Notes: a model not told the origin generated them from the sequence alone. 64,000 nucleotides of DNA from Phoronis australis (GCA_002633005.1 NMRA01000140.1:434001-498000); one strand, 5' to 3'. Shown: positions 25,546 to 38,900, counted from the stretch's first letter. Numbers and translations: made by a program.

Positions 25546-26700
25546 GTATAAGGTAGCCAAGAAACAACCACCGGACATTTTGCATCATAACTTCACTTTA
25601 AGGAAAGACTGCCCGAAAATATTTGGCGCGCATTTAAAGAGCTTTGTTTACAATAAACATGTTAAGTTTCAGCTTCAAGGTCTATTTGTGCGAGATGATG
25701 TGATAGTGTTCCATACGAGCACCTCGCTTGTGCACAACACTTGAATTCACCTTCAGAAATTACAAATTACCATCCCGCATTCATCTGAACCCGCGGGTCC
25801 TATCTTTTTACTTGAAATTTGTTTTTGAACATTTTCTGTTCTGCTGTGGTATGAACTCCATATAAGTGTTTATTATTGTGTGCACGAGTATGTTGTGGTT
25901 TAAGTGGATGTCTATGAAATCGCTTGTTGCTGTTGGTCACCCCAGCAGTGAATTCGGGTCTGGACTCAAAACTTCCGGCGATTTTACTCGAAATGTCGAT
26001 TTCGTAATTCGAATATAGGGGTCATCAAGTGCGAAGTTGTGCACTGCGGTTTGTGTCGTCACAGGCTCAAGAACAATTAGGAGAACGGTGACAAATATAT
26101 CGAAGGAGTTTGAATGATTAGTCCCTGGCCCAGTACGTGCTGTGATGGCCTGTAATGTCGGTTTTGTACGCATATTTTGATGGAATGTTCTTAATTGTAC
26201 ACTTTGTTTGTCTTTCGCATAGTGGTGACGAGTCCGGACTGTGCGGGGATCATTTCACGGCAGTTTTCATACTAATGAGCCTGTTCTGCGTGATCGTGCA
26301 TTGCCGGAGTAGTGGAGCGCAGCACCGCCCTGTTGAAACTATTACGCTTGTCAGCACTGACCCAGGAGTGTTCCTAGAGCCCTCCAGAACGCACCGTAGT
26401 ACCTCAATGTACCGCTCGGTGTTGTCCGCTATTGCTTTCCCACCATCATCTTCAAAAAAGAGTGATCCAATGACGTTACAACTAATATGACGCACAACTG
26501 ACTTCGTGGCAACGGTTTGCGTGGCGCGGTCTTTCTTTCGCAGTCCTCTGGCGGTTCTCTTTCCCAGAGCACCGATTTCTAAAGCTAACCTGGTCGTTTA
26601 GCTGGAGGTGTGCTGCATGGAAGAACCATAGGTTGTCCAATATGCGTGCCTTCCTTGGAAACCAGGCCTACACATGGGAACTCTTTTGGCTTTTCTTTTG
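25546..26700 (-). mobile_element. Decayed Tc1/mariner-superfamily transposase relic, interrupted by a ~380-bp insertion
   Basis: Frameshifted minus-strand peptides LDNLWFFHAAHLQLNDQV (WFSDEAHF-like), VIGSLFFEDDGG..NTERY, FQQGGAALH (QQDGAxxH-like) and *SPHSPDSSPL (WPPxSPDLxP-like). After an insertion (~25781-26160) come VICNF*R*IQ..RGARMEH and a TIR-like end tataaggtagccaagaaa at ~25546. Confidence 0.75.
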
Positions 26701-27031
26701 TATTTTAGTACTTCTCCCTACCTAGGCGCCGACGTTAACAACATTGTGAACAGGTTTTCGTTGAGCAGAATGCGAAAGTTTTTCACTACTTAGTTCTGTT
26801 GAGATTAGCGGACAGTAAACATTATTCTTGTCTCGAACAAAACGGTTTATGAAGCGCTTGCAATGAAATGGCGTGTTTTTCTGTACAATTGTGTTTGCAA
26901 GTATTTTTCAGCACAGTAGGCTACACGTCTCATTCAGCGAGCGTCCAGTGTCAGTACTACGAGGGCACTGCACGTGTCGAGTAGAGACGCAACTTGTTGG
27001 TCTTGGATGGTACTTTTATTGCCAAAAATCA

Positions 27032-27249
27032 GGGGCCCGGCGGGTTCCGGCCAAGAAAACTGACTTGGCTTAAGTAAGACCAACATAAACTTACGTTCCA
27101 AGAAAATGCATGATCTCAATTTTGACTTAAGTTTTTGTATTAAATTTTACGTAACCTATCGGATATGGATGTTTCAAAGTTTGGAGGTTGAGATTAACCT
27201 TAAACATAAGTAAAAAATGAACTTAAGTTGGTTTCTTGGTACGGGCCCC
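27032..27249. mobile_element. MITE with GGGGCCC termini (PIF/Harbinger-like)
   Basis: ggggccc...ccaagaaaactgactt at the left and aacttaagttggtttcttggtacgggcccc at the right. Confidence 0.45.
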
Positions 27250-27540
27250 AGATTAAGAGTATAAGAATTGGCTGTTAGCCTATATCAATATAGCGACCCC
27301 ACTCTTGAGGCCAAAAAATTGATTTTTTTGATAACTTATGTCATTTCAATAAGAATAAATCGTTTTTAAAGAACAATAAGTTGTTTTGAGCTTTACTAAA
27401 ATTACCCGTGGTATTTTTGTCCATCCTGCACCTTGTTAATGATCTTGATATAGTAAGACTTGCGTGAGTGGAGACTCTAAGGACAGCCTTACTTGTAAAA
27501 GTTTCATTTGTTACTGCATTTATAAATGGCTCAAGTTATG

Positions 27541-27892
27541 ACTTTCTGAAACCGCTCTGAGGTGGTGGCATGTTACTATTATTAAAATCCCTTGGTCTAT
27601 TTACACCGACCTCTTGTCTATTTACACTGTCACGACGTTTCGGTCGGTCTATTTTCCGGCCATCGTGTAGTGATTAAGGTGCTGGACTCGAATTATCTGT
27701 ACTTTCAGAAGTCGTGGGTTCAAATCCTACCTCGGACAAGAAAATCAAACCATGAGTGTACCACATATCCGTGCTCGTTCTTCTAAGAACGCGGGAACAC
27801 CTGACGATGGCCGGAGAATAGACCGACCGAAACGTCGTGACAGTGTAAATAGACAAGAGGTCGGTGTAAATAGACCAAGAGATTTTAATAAT
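27541..27892 (+). mobile_element. Small retroelement-like insert: tRNA-derived Pol III head plus minimal hammerhead ribozyme core, flanked by 89-bp inverted repeats (Penelope-like/retrozyme-like)
   Basis: Inverted repeats 27578-27666 and 27804-27892 (2 mismatches). A-box-like tgtagtgattaagg and B-box GGTTCAAATCC (27717-27727) with T-stem gtggg/cctac. Core CTGACGA (27801-27807), stem ggccgg/ccgacc, GAAACGTC (27829-27836). 16-bp direct repeat aatggctcaagttatg at 27525-27540 and 27890-27905. Confidence 0.6.
27798..27839 (+). ncRNA. Putative minimal type-I hammerhead ribozyme motif
   Basis: cac-CTGACGA-t-ggccgg-agaataga-ccgacc-GAAA-CG-TC-gtg: conserved core, 5/6-bp stem II, collapsed stem III and only a 3-bp stem I. 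Confidence 0.45.
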
Positions 27893-28387
27893 GGCTCAAG
27901 TTATGTTTGCAACGCAGCTACAAAATGCTTCATTTGCAATCAGAAAAATAAATATTTTGTCAGAATAAAATAATTTGAGTCTTGCAGCACGTGCTGTCTG
28001 TCATGCGAACGTAAATGAATCCAATGTAGACGTTGCCCACTCAACTGATGAGGGAAACAAAAATACGGAATAATCAATGGCTTTGTTTGCTTCTAGTGTA
28101 ATAGAATTTATTTGCACATTTACAGATGAAATGTTTCATTTAAGCTAAGAACGAGCGAGATAGGCTCCCATTTTAAGCCGAAATCATCGCCAGATACGGT
28201 GACAAATTGGCCCGGTACCATTTGCTATACGTAAGCTAACACTACGTTGTCTCTTAGGCGCAAACCAGGCAATAGATGTCTTAGCCCGCGTTGACAACTA
28301 AAAACAATATAAAGGCAGGTGGTCTCGTGCATTCTGCGGTGCACCAGGCGTGCTCAGACCACACAACTGGACCCACTGCACGTATCA

Positions 28388-28805
28388 TCTGATTACGTCT
28401 CATGGGGATCACCCAGCATCATGGTTCCTAGTGAATTAAGTCTTCTAATCTTCTCGTTTTTCTCAGAAAATTAGAAAGGCTATTGAAACTGCACGATCTA
28501 AAGATGTCTTACAAGCAAGTTATATGTCCATCTAGCAGAAGATTGCAAGGACCCTGATCAAGAGGGCAAATTTCAATTAAATGTTGTGGAGTCAGCCTCC
28601 AAGCCACACACAGGGCAGTTTGAACAAGCTGCAAGACTTGTGATTTTTCAGAGCCTAGTTGAGATGTACTTAATGTTCAGTAATTACTTGGATCGCTTGC
28701 CGAATTGCCGAATAACCATGGGGTTCCTCGTGAGTAAAGTCTTCTAATCTTCCCGTTTTTACGTCTTCGGGAAATAAATTATGAAGGTTATCGAACCTGC
28801 ATTGA
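28388..28805. repeat. Diverged direct repeat pair ~300 bp apart
   Basis: ggttcct(a/c)gtga(a/g)t(t/a)aagtcttctaatcttc(t/c)cgttttt...aagg(c/t)tat(t/c)gaa(a/c)ctgca occurs at ~28423 and ~28722. Confidence 0.55.
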
Positions 28806-29606
28806 CAACTAGCTTTATTAGGTGAGCTCACATCATCTGCGAACACACCTCTAAGGACGTACGCACCCTCGCCCACATATAGTTGACGGTTAAGTAATTG
28901 GTGAAACCTACGACTGTCTTTGTATTCAGCTGCCTTTGTTAGGTTGTTTTAGAATACTCTAACATTTTTGGAAGTGAGATTTTTTACGAAAATGTTTTTT
29001 CTTATCTCTCATTATAAATCACTTGATCAAACTTAAAACTTTGCACATTAATACAATATTTCTTGGTATCTTGCTTTTTCCATTTTTTCTCGATTGCATT
29101 AATTATATTCGATTTCCCAATGCCAGCGATGTCTTATTGCTATGCTGTGGGCTCTGAAGGCAGAGCTTTCCTCCTGGATGCGATATTTTCCCGCGGCATG
29201 ATTCCCTGACACATCACGATATGTCTAAAACCAGTCCAATGTATCAATGCTTTTTACTACCCCCAGGAGAAAGGAGATTTCTATCCAAGACCGCCCAATA
29301 TGCTTCTGTTATTGATTTATTTATTGCTTTAAACTCAATTCAACCCTGACTCTAACTTTAGTACTAAAATGTTTCGCTTGTATGGACTTCCAACGAACAG
29401 TCACATGTATCATATTCGTGGACTGAGACTTCTAAATTTGTTTATTAGAGAGGGAAGGTCTTGAGTCGTTGATCAATTAGATCATTTACGTGTCTATTAA
29501 CTGCGGAAGACAATGCCTGCTGAAGAAAAGTGACAGGAAATTGGTCACCTGTGTCGATCGATACCAAGAAGCATTGCAATTAAGATTATTCAATATGCTT
29601 ATTGCA

Positions 29607-29855
29607 TGCGCAAAAATGAAACCTTGTGTAGGAATTTTGATTGGCAAGACCACAGTCCCCCTTAAGGTTTTGTTCGTCAGTTTCCGTATATTTGCTTTGC
29701 TGACACATGCAGGTATGTAGATAAGATAATGTGCAAAAATGAAACCTTAATTGGGTAGGAATTTTGATTAGCAAGACCTCATTCACCCCTTGCTACATTC
29801 ATCATGCTTTGTATATTTACACGCAGGTATGTAGATAAGATAAATTATGCAAAAC
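29607..29855. repeat. ~120-bp tandem duplication
   Basis: gcaaaaatgaaacctt...gtaggaattttgatt(g/a)gcaagacc...acac(a/-)gcaggtatgtagataagataa occurs twice. Confidence 0.65.
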
Positions 29856-32800
29856 TTCTGCCACCAAAACTAGATCTATAATTTGTACATGGAAGGAAAT
29901 TGACGAGTGTAATACCGAGTTGTCACGGGCAAGACGGTGGATTTTTAAAATATCTTCAATATATACAATTTGGCAGCAGTTCTCATCGGAGTCGAGGACA
30001 AAAACAAGACAAACTTTTTGTGGAATTTTACTTAACACAAACATTCAACAAAGCTCATATGAATATATCTATAAAAATAATATTTTTAGAATTAGCGAAA
30101 TTGATAGTTGCACTTGTAAATTGCACTTTCCCCAGTTTCAGTTTGGCTTGTAACACGTGACCTTTTTCTTATATTTACTCAATTTTAGCGGAGGTCGAGT
30201 GTTCCTCTCGCGTCACCTTTTACGACCATCTATAGCACGTAATTCCCCCGTGGAGTCCACAGCATTCAAACAATAACGGGGTACATAGTTATATATTTCA
30301 TCGACGCCCAGTCTTTTCTGGTAAATGACGACAATGACTTGAAACGATTTAATACGATGTCGAGCCGTAACTCATTTGCTGGAACTGGGGATTGTTGACA
30401 GCGTACGTTCCACTGTGCATTGCCTTCGCCTAAAAGTAAGAAAACAACAACATGTTATGTACTCAGTACGGAAACGCCTCCGTCATTGCATACGTGCGAT
30501 TACATTAACGATTGAAAAGCCCCTCGTTTTATGCACTGAAGACAACGTGTAATCTAGACACCATCAATTCACCTGCCCCATATAACAGGCTGCGGGTGGT
30601 ATGGAGGCGATCTGTTATTATCCCATATACTCCATAGATCAGTGCAACGGAAAACACTTCAAGTGAATGTTTTCGTTTTATGACCGGTTGATTATCAGTC
30701 GAGATTTTGCCGATAAGAATTGAGATGTCGGAAACATTAGATCGCAAATGAAACAATTAACGACCATATGAAACTGGTAGTAATGAAATCAACAGGTACC
30801 ACGTGACCGTTTTGAAATTGTATACACGACGTTATGCTTGCGCATGATGTCCCCGATTTATAGGTTAACATTTTTCTTGTTGTTTGAAGTATTTGGTTAG
30901 TAAAAGAATGACCTACGCTAAACGTTTGGAGTTTCATTTTTACTGCATTATGGTTTATTTCATATCATTTTATTTTGCAGCGTTTTTAAAGAAACACGCA
31001 GTTAAGTTTTTAGGCATCTGCTAAGCTGCATCAACCTTGAAGATTATTTATAAAATATCATATTACGAAACGTACTAATATTTTTTGCCAGTCAGAAAGA
31101 ATGATCAACGTAACTACTCACAGACGTACGGAACATGAAACAGCACGTTTTCATGGTCCATTATCATTCAAACAATAGAAAGTGTTGCAACACTAAATCA
31201 CAATTTGCCAGAAAACAAAACGGTGAAAGATAACTATCTCGATCTTTCAATTGGCTTCGATATTTATCTCGTTTTGTAATGTTTCTATTTCCACCTGTTG
31301 GTATAGGTATTAAGGGTTGCCATGGTAATTTATTGCTTGAGTCAAATAACATAAAGTTAATATCTTGCCGTTAGCTCCAGGTGGCAACGAGACTGTGATT
31401 AAAAAGGAGCGCCAAACATGAGATTATCAAGTTTAAAGTTTATTTTAAGTACACTGGCCTTCATATTTTCTTAAACAATGGAACACGGTTATGGCATGTC
31501 AAAATGTTTGCCGTAACATGCTTTTGGAAAATTATAGTACGGTGAAACGTTCGCAGTAGCGTGCTTTTAGAAAAATCAGAAAAGTTATTGCAAAGGTATT
31601 TTTAAGATTGTTTGTTTGCGCTGTCGTATGAAAGAAAACTGTCGTAATGTCTGAGGCATAATCAAAATATATACTCACAAATGGAAGTCACGGCCTCTAT
31701 TTTGCAAAATAAAAAATAAATAATTTTGAAGTTGCGGTTTCACGTAACTAGGTAACGATCTCCAATTAATCACTTTTTAAACTTGTTATGTGTGGATTCA
31801 CCACGAAATACATGTAAGTTATGGTCAATTTTCAGTGGTAATGTTTCCCAATTAGTTACTCTTTCAACGGTTTGCCAGAGTTTTATAATTCCATGAGAAA
31901 ACCCGCATAGGTTTTCAACAATAAAGTAATTTCATTTACCACGGGTGCAAAACAAAGAAACCGCGTGTTTTTTGTCCAGACAATCGTTGCCTACATTGGT
32001 CGAGACTGACGCCCAGTTGATTACTACGGGAGGGGCTTGCGTTGGTTTAGCTTCTTGAAAGTTTTTTCTGCAAGACCATTTCAATCACACTGCCAACCAC
32101 ACCAAGGAAAATGCGTGGGCAGTATTTATTGTTATTTCGGCGGCCATCCATGCCATTGTTTCAGACGTCTTGAAGTACACAATAGTGGCTCAGTGTTTGT
32201 TCATAAAATACTGAATATAAAACACAGGCCTTCCACATATAAATTTAATCTACAGACAGAGAAATACCCATCGTTTTCATTTCTGTCGTCGCGTGTCCAA
32301 GACCACAATGACTACATGATTGGCACCCTATAAAAATAAATGAACAAAAAACATGTATTCCGTTGAATACGTCTGTTTGATGACGTCCGCATAGTACAAT
32401 CGCGTTCTTAACTAAACTTGTGTAGTAATATATTTCCTAAGAATCACTGAATAATAAAACAGCCTTACGCAGTAATAGACACATCTCTGACTTCCTGAGT
32501 GGGTTTTGATGTCAAGTATAGGAAATGAACTAACTTCCGCTGTTAACTCCCAGGTGGCTCTGGGCTCACAGTCCGGGGATTCGGTGCGTCAGTAATCGTA
32601 ATTACATAAATACGTACTAAGTCTCGATTAATTGATGAGCAAATCTTGTGGTTGTTGTGCAAAGCATACATGTATTCACTGGGTCACATGATAATCATAC
32701 CGCTGAGATCATTTCACTAAACACAAATTTAAATGTCTGTGCTTATTGTAAATTTTTAATATTATGTAATATTTTATTTGTTTAAACACAGTGCTTCCGT

Positions 32801-34597
32801 TTATCTAGCAAGCTTAAGAAGTAAACTGACTGGAACATGTAGTTTATATTTATAACTTATATTAATTACACAACTATTCTGTTGAGATGGGTAGCTTTGG
32901 GAAGGCAATCTTTATCTCAAAAAAGGGATGTTTTTTCATACTACGTCTTCATTCAGACCATAACTTTGTCTTTCTAATTATAAGATTGAAATAATTCCTT
33001 TGCAATCGAAACTGAGACATTGAAGACTAGTTCTGTGAAAAGCAAATGCAACACAAATAGCAGGTGTAGAATAAAAATTCATACTTATCTAAAAAATAGA
33101 GAAATAAATAATGGCGTACAATGTGAAAATGATTAGCTAAATTTTCCAGGGTCAGTGCTGTCGACCTTTTTTTTCGACAGGCACACTCGTGTCATCTGAT
33201 ATTAAGTATATCATGAACGCCACAAGAGATGATTCAAACACCCCTCTGATTGTACACAACAGCGTTTTTAAGGGACATGATAGGTTTTTTTTTTCAATTT
33301 CAGCGTGTGAATGCAAATGCACAAAACAATAAAATCAAAAGTCGCTTTAGTGGTGTCATGCTAACAAGATGGAACAATACGATCTTTTATAAAAACTCAA
33401 ATTATAATTTCGTTTTACACGCCCTAAGCTGCTTTCTGGTAGTCGATTCCTCTCAACCCTGATTGAAGGAAAAGTCTGCTGCAACAATGATGTCTGTAGC
33501 TATTGCTGGCAACCATAACAATCGGCACGCGCAACTTTCGTAAGCCCGCCTTATTAAATGCGGGCATGCAGTCGAGAGAAAGAAAAACATGTCAGTTGAG
33601 TTTCAGGCAACTAGGGATGTGAGGTTGAGAACATTGGCTGTGATTTAGGAAATAGAGAAATCTTGGTTGTTGACGGCGTCATTTTAATTGTTTAAGATTC
33701 CACGAAAGCCTTCTTGGAAAGTATCGTTTTCACTAAAATGGTCATTCTCATTTCAAACTAAGAGATAACAATAAAATGATTAGTTGTAATTTTTAGTAAC
33801 ATAGACATAATTTCTTTAAATATCGTTTTGCCTCATGCAGCATTTCTTTTGAAAAATAAATTTCAGTTGTGCTGATATTGTTACGGGCTAATCTTGTATC
33901 GGTTATGGGAGCCAGTCAGTAACATTCGATAAAAGCAATCTTTTTGTGTCATTTTTATAAGTTACAAAAACAAGCAATAGAAAACAAGCTAAACATTTTT
34001 CAAATAACGGTTTTATCAACAAGGTGTTAATAGAAAAAAAATTTAAAAAAACGTGATTCAATGATAGTTTTTATTTTGTAATTTCATAGGTCAACTAGAA
34101 ATTTGCCGATTAAGTTGCACGCGAGTTAATTTTTCGATTTTTTTTTGTTTTAAAGCAACGAGAACATACAATTTTATATTTAACATTTACGAATCGACTA
34201 TTGAACATTATTATTTTCAGTTTCTGTAGAAACTTTTTTCTTTATAAGCTAAAGGAAAAGAAAAAATATCTTTATTCAAGACAATGGCCTTGTGCGTTTG
34301 TGGATAAATGTGACGGTTATTGTTGCAACCCAAATCAAGTTTGATTTCCGCGTTCTATTTCAGTCACGAGCATATAGACTGTGTTGCTTTCATGTGTTAA
34401 GCTTTAGGCTGTTGACAGTCGACAGGAGGTTACATAATAAATCTACAATTCAAAGCTGACGTGAAAAATTAAAATTATTACATTTTATTGAACTATTCCG
34501 GAAAAAAGCAGTTTTGGAAGAAATTATCTTAACCATTTCTCAGAGTCAGAAAGCAAACCTTTTTACAATCATAATCCGAATAACATGATCACGTTGT

Positions 34598-35707
34598 TTA
34601 TGTTGGCTGCTGGAACTGAAATGAAATATGCAGATAAACCTAAACAGCATAAGGGCATTGGTTACATTGGTTGATGGATCTGAATTGAAGTATGAAGGTT
34701 ATCTCTGTCTTATATTATTACCTGCAGAAATTTTGGCGCATCATTTTAAAACTTTGAGAACCATTCCTTTTGAATTCTCCAACTTAGAACTCAAGTCGAG
34801 GGTTATTGTAAAAACGCAGCACATTGTGCGAATGACAGTCTTGTTTATATTTGAGTCATTTACTAATTATTTTCCGTTCAGTTCGTTAATTGAAACTTGG
34901 TGTCATTCAACATCGATATTTTGCAGCAAAATTAAAAATTACGTCTTCTGTATAATTTTGGGAATAAGTACGAGATCATGTTGAAAAAGTGTCATCTGGG
35001 AATAAGTTTTGCGTTGAAATTTGTTAGAAATGTACTTTGTAAATGGAAGCGAAAAGAGTAGGTTTAAGCACTTGATCTTTTAAGAGACTGTATCGTGATA
35101 CCCAGGGGAGGGAAGAACGAGAGAGAGGGAGGGGGCGGGGGGGGAGACAATCAGGCAGAGAGGGACGTTCAGTTCTTACCAAATCAATCGGTAGCCATCT
35201 TTGGGGACCAGCGTTCTCCCGACTTGACGTCAACTCGACCATCGGCACTTTTTGTCTCGGTTGAGAGTGGTGTCCAGAAAACATAGTGACATCATAGTTT
35301 TCTAACATATCTTGCATTTTCTTGATGTAGTCAATTGCATATCTCAAAGTTTTTACTTTTGAAAGACGTTTGTGTCTATTCTCGTAAGGAATATGTCGGC
35401 GTAAGCAACAAAACGCGTTGTTAACAGCCTGGACCCTTCGCCTCTCTCGGGCGTTTCGGCGTGCCACCAAATGTGGCGCTTTTTCGCAGTTGTGCCCATG
35501 TTTTTCCTCCAGTGACGTCATGTCGTCTACCGATGAACCCATGTCGCTGTCGCTGTCCTCTCCTCCAATAGTCATTCCTAACTCGTGGCCGGTCTGAGTT
35601 GCACTAAATGTAAGCGCATTATTTATACAATATCCAACATCTGCCGAGCCCGGATTTGGATCCCCTCTTCCCCCGGCGGAGCAGGTGTAGTCGCTCGTCG
35701 CAAGCAT
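34598..35707 (-). CDS. Achaete-scute family bHLH transcription factor (ASCL-like)
   Basis: ORF 35024..35707 carries the bHLH VARRNARERRRVQAVNNAFCCLRRHIPYENRHKRLSKVKTLRYAIDYIKKMQDML. Likely exon 1 is 35180-35707 (GATTTG|gtaaga), with a tentative terminal exon 34598-34615 (tttcag|FQQPT*). If unspliced, the CDS ends at 35024. Confidence 0.85.
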
Positions 35708-35864
35708 TGATGCGGGGCTATCGAGTCTGGGTGATGAAACAAACTAAAACAATCGACCAATATGGGTTGTTATTGTATCTTCTATCTCAACACTTCCGAT
35801 CCAGTTACTGAACCAACTTGTGTGCGCGAACGATCGGTCTCGTCTTATTCCGTAAAACAATAGC

Positions 35865-35999
35865 TTATATAGACGAAGACATAGGTTAATTTAATATTCA
35901 AATAGGTAGGAGAGTACGAGGCGGCGTTATGTTAGCGGAGTAGCTAGACAACATAGGGGCGCATGCAGGTAGCATATAGAACTGATTGGTTGGCAGGTG
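35865..35999 (-). promoter_or_regulatory. Candidate promoter of the bHLH gene
   Basis: TATATAA on the minus strand (35865-35871), ~160 nt upstream of the ATG. CCAAT (~35985-35989) and a proneural-type E-box GCAGGTG (~35993-35999). Confidence 0.45.
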
Positions 36000-38900
36000 A
36001 TTACTGGTGAACGTCAATCGTAGACCAGAGGACTGAAAAATGGAAATAGTATGCTGTGGAGAATAAACTGACGTCAACAAGTTTTTAATTACCATACGAA
36101 AAGCAATACACTATCAAGACAAATGAAAATAAAGATATTCAAACATTGTGATAACTTAGGTTGTGTACACTGTAATTTTTCATTTGGAAATATTTTAGGA
36201 TACGGTCGATTTGTAAAAATCGTACAGAACATGCTTTTACTTATTGATCTTTTAAAACATTCATGGTTACGTTTAAATAGACAATGCACGAATCTTTGGA
36301 AATTTCAAATGTTTCCAAAAATTGGAACTAATTAAATCCAATGACTTAACACAAGAAATGAGTTGGGCATTCACGACAAGAAAAGTTATTGGTTGATTCG
36401 GTGCCAGCTTTTCTGAACGTGAGACTTGACAAAAACCAATAAAACGGGGCTTCCTTATTATTGTTTTTTTTTTTAAATTTATCTTGAAATTGGCATATGT
36501 AGTCGTGCTTTGAAAATAGTTGTGCTGATTTCAAAGCCCATAGAAGGGTAGACTATACTCAAGACCTAATATGTATGACGCACAGAGTTGACCATATTAC
36601 TGCAGTAAACAATGGCGAAAGGTTTTGGAAAATTAATGGCAGATCTCGCACTGACGAACGCAAGCAATGTTTGAATAAAGTTGTGATTCGCTGATTGCTA
36701 GCTAAACCTGCTTCTGATATTTTTGTCTGTTTTGGTATTGTGCCGGTAGCCATCCGGGCATCCAATCTCTGAATAAAGCTTGACAGTGGTGGACTTTTTT
36801 ACCGCCGAAAGATGTCGCTACATTTGAGAAAAGTTGTCTTAAAGTTAATTATGTATTTCTTGATCTTGGAACGCATTAGATTAAAAGTACAGTTTCAACT
36901 CCAGACGAAAGGGGTTTCCAAGATCGGTCTATGGTGAAGCCGTTCTTTTGTTAGAGCTCACAAGCCGTGAACCAATTACATAACCGGTTACATCCTTTGG
37001 TCAACAAAACAGAAACGCTGACACCGGTGTTGGCTAATAGTTATCATATTTCGTCGAAAAAATGATACCTAGATAAATTTTCTCGTGGAGTTCAATTTCA
37101 GAAGCCAAATAGATAGGAAAATTGTCTGTTTTAGACCACACTAGTTTTATTTATTTCAGACAGTATTTTACTGCTCTGACGTCATCCCTAATGAAGCAAT
37201 TGCCCTGATCCACACAAAAGAAACTACAGTTCCTGAAATCGAACGGTTCTGTCTACCGCGATCTGTGAAGTCTATTGACTATGTACACGCGACGGCGATA
37301 CGGGCCAAGTTTCTAATGGATGTTCAAAGAATCTCGCGATTGGTCGCATGAAAGCTCCATATTCTTAACGAGAGAGCAACAAACTTTTGAGGTACACACG
37401 ACGAATAAAGGATGCACGAGGAGATTACGTATTAGATCACGACATTTGTATTTTGCGCAATTCCCTGTTTTCAAAATTATAATCCAGTTTCCGGTACCTA
37501 TAACCACGTAAACGGAGCATTCTTTTACCGGTTTTCAAAAAAAAATAATAATAATAATAAAACGAGAAGTCCCGATAGCCAGATTTTGATCGTGCTTAAA
37601 GTTTTTGTGCAATATGCCAACACATGGACTGAGCCTCCTTGCAAGTGCAGGGCCTATGATTTTCTAATTCAAACATAATCTCTCCTATGGCGATAATTGT
37701 TATTATTGTATACAGTACTTTCACCTTTGTTTTAATTTCATGTTTACATATTCTGTAACTTATCTATTTATTTGTCAGTATACTAGTCTTTGGCTAATGT
37801 TTTCTGTTGTTTTACTTTAACCGACTATAAATAAATTGATTTGACTTGTCCAATCAAAGACGTCTCTAGTCCAACTCATAACGATTGTAAACAAAGCCAT
37901 CCATTTAACTTCAGTTTTATCACGAAAATTCAAGTTAAAACTTCTCGTCCTTTCCAACTGCTGAAATCAAGAAATGAGCTATTTTAATTTCGAGCGATTT
38001 AAAATTCCCATTGACATGGAAGCATTGTTTGTTGGAGATGAGGTACGACCTACAATTGCATTGAATTGGTAGACTTTCGAAACTTGTAAGTTGCTCAACC
38101 TCTGGGTTTTATGACTAAAGCGTTTCTTGACTTTCAAGTGCTGGGGATGTTCTTCGTAGCATGACACAGGTTTCATAGTGGTAAGTCTTGATTGTGGTTT
38201 TTCAAACAAAACAGCAGGAAACGCAATTTCGAAACTTTAAAACAAACATTAATCTAAAGGTGCTGTCTTTGCACACCATTTGGTTTAACTAGTAGAACCA
38301 TCATAGGCAAAACAAAGCATCGCATTTTTTATACCAACCTGAATGAGGGTGCGTTTCCAGTGGAGCTTTTCATGCATGACCGACATCCTTGAAAGACAGG
38401 CCTATCGATAAAGTACTTTCTTAACAACTTTGTTTTATTAGTACAACTGCAGTCCATACATGTGCGTGAACATTTTTGTGCGAAATAAAAGCTGCTAGGA
38501 CTAAAAGGACATTATCGGTTTTAAGGCCAAAAAACTCATTAGTGAGATTATTGGTGGATGGGAAAGACCTGTCCCATCCACCAATAGCCAATAACTTTTA
38601 AAGAAGTTATTGGCTACCAGAAGTATAAAACAGCAAATTGTGTCGTTTTTTGTGTTTCTAAACAAAATCGCCAACTCTCCCTTTTGTCTGCCAGACATTC
38701 ATTGAAATCAAGTGCAGTGATTTCACCACTTAAAATACTGTGCTGATTCAAATTTGCACCAATTTGGTTGATCTCACATTGGGCAAATCTTATGCTAATA
38801 GGATTTGCACGCAAGCGGATGAGAAAGCGTACACCCTTTACCCCAGAGTATCCAGCGAATTCCTCAGCACATCAAAGGCTTGATGGTGCTGTCACAGATT

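Noticed and set aside
27660-27737. Functional tRNA gene
   Set aside because: The 5' acceptor strand is missing (replaced by the inverted repeat) and the anticodon arm is irregular. Treated as a tRNA-derived promoter instead.
28044-28060. Hammerhead core (CTGATGAggGAAAC)
   Set aside because: No room for stem II and no stem I or III pairing.
35024-35179. Proline-rich C-terminus of the bHLH ORF
   Set aside because: Probably intronic: it follows a consensus donor (TTG|gtaaga) and is a pyrimidine-rich low-complexity tract. Not fully excluded.
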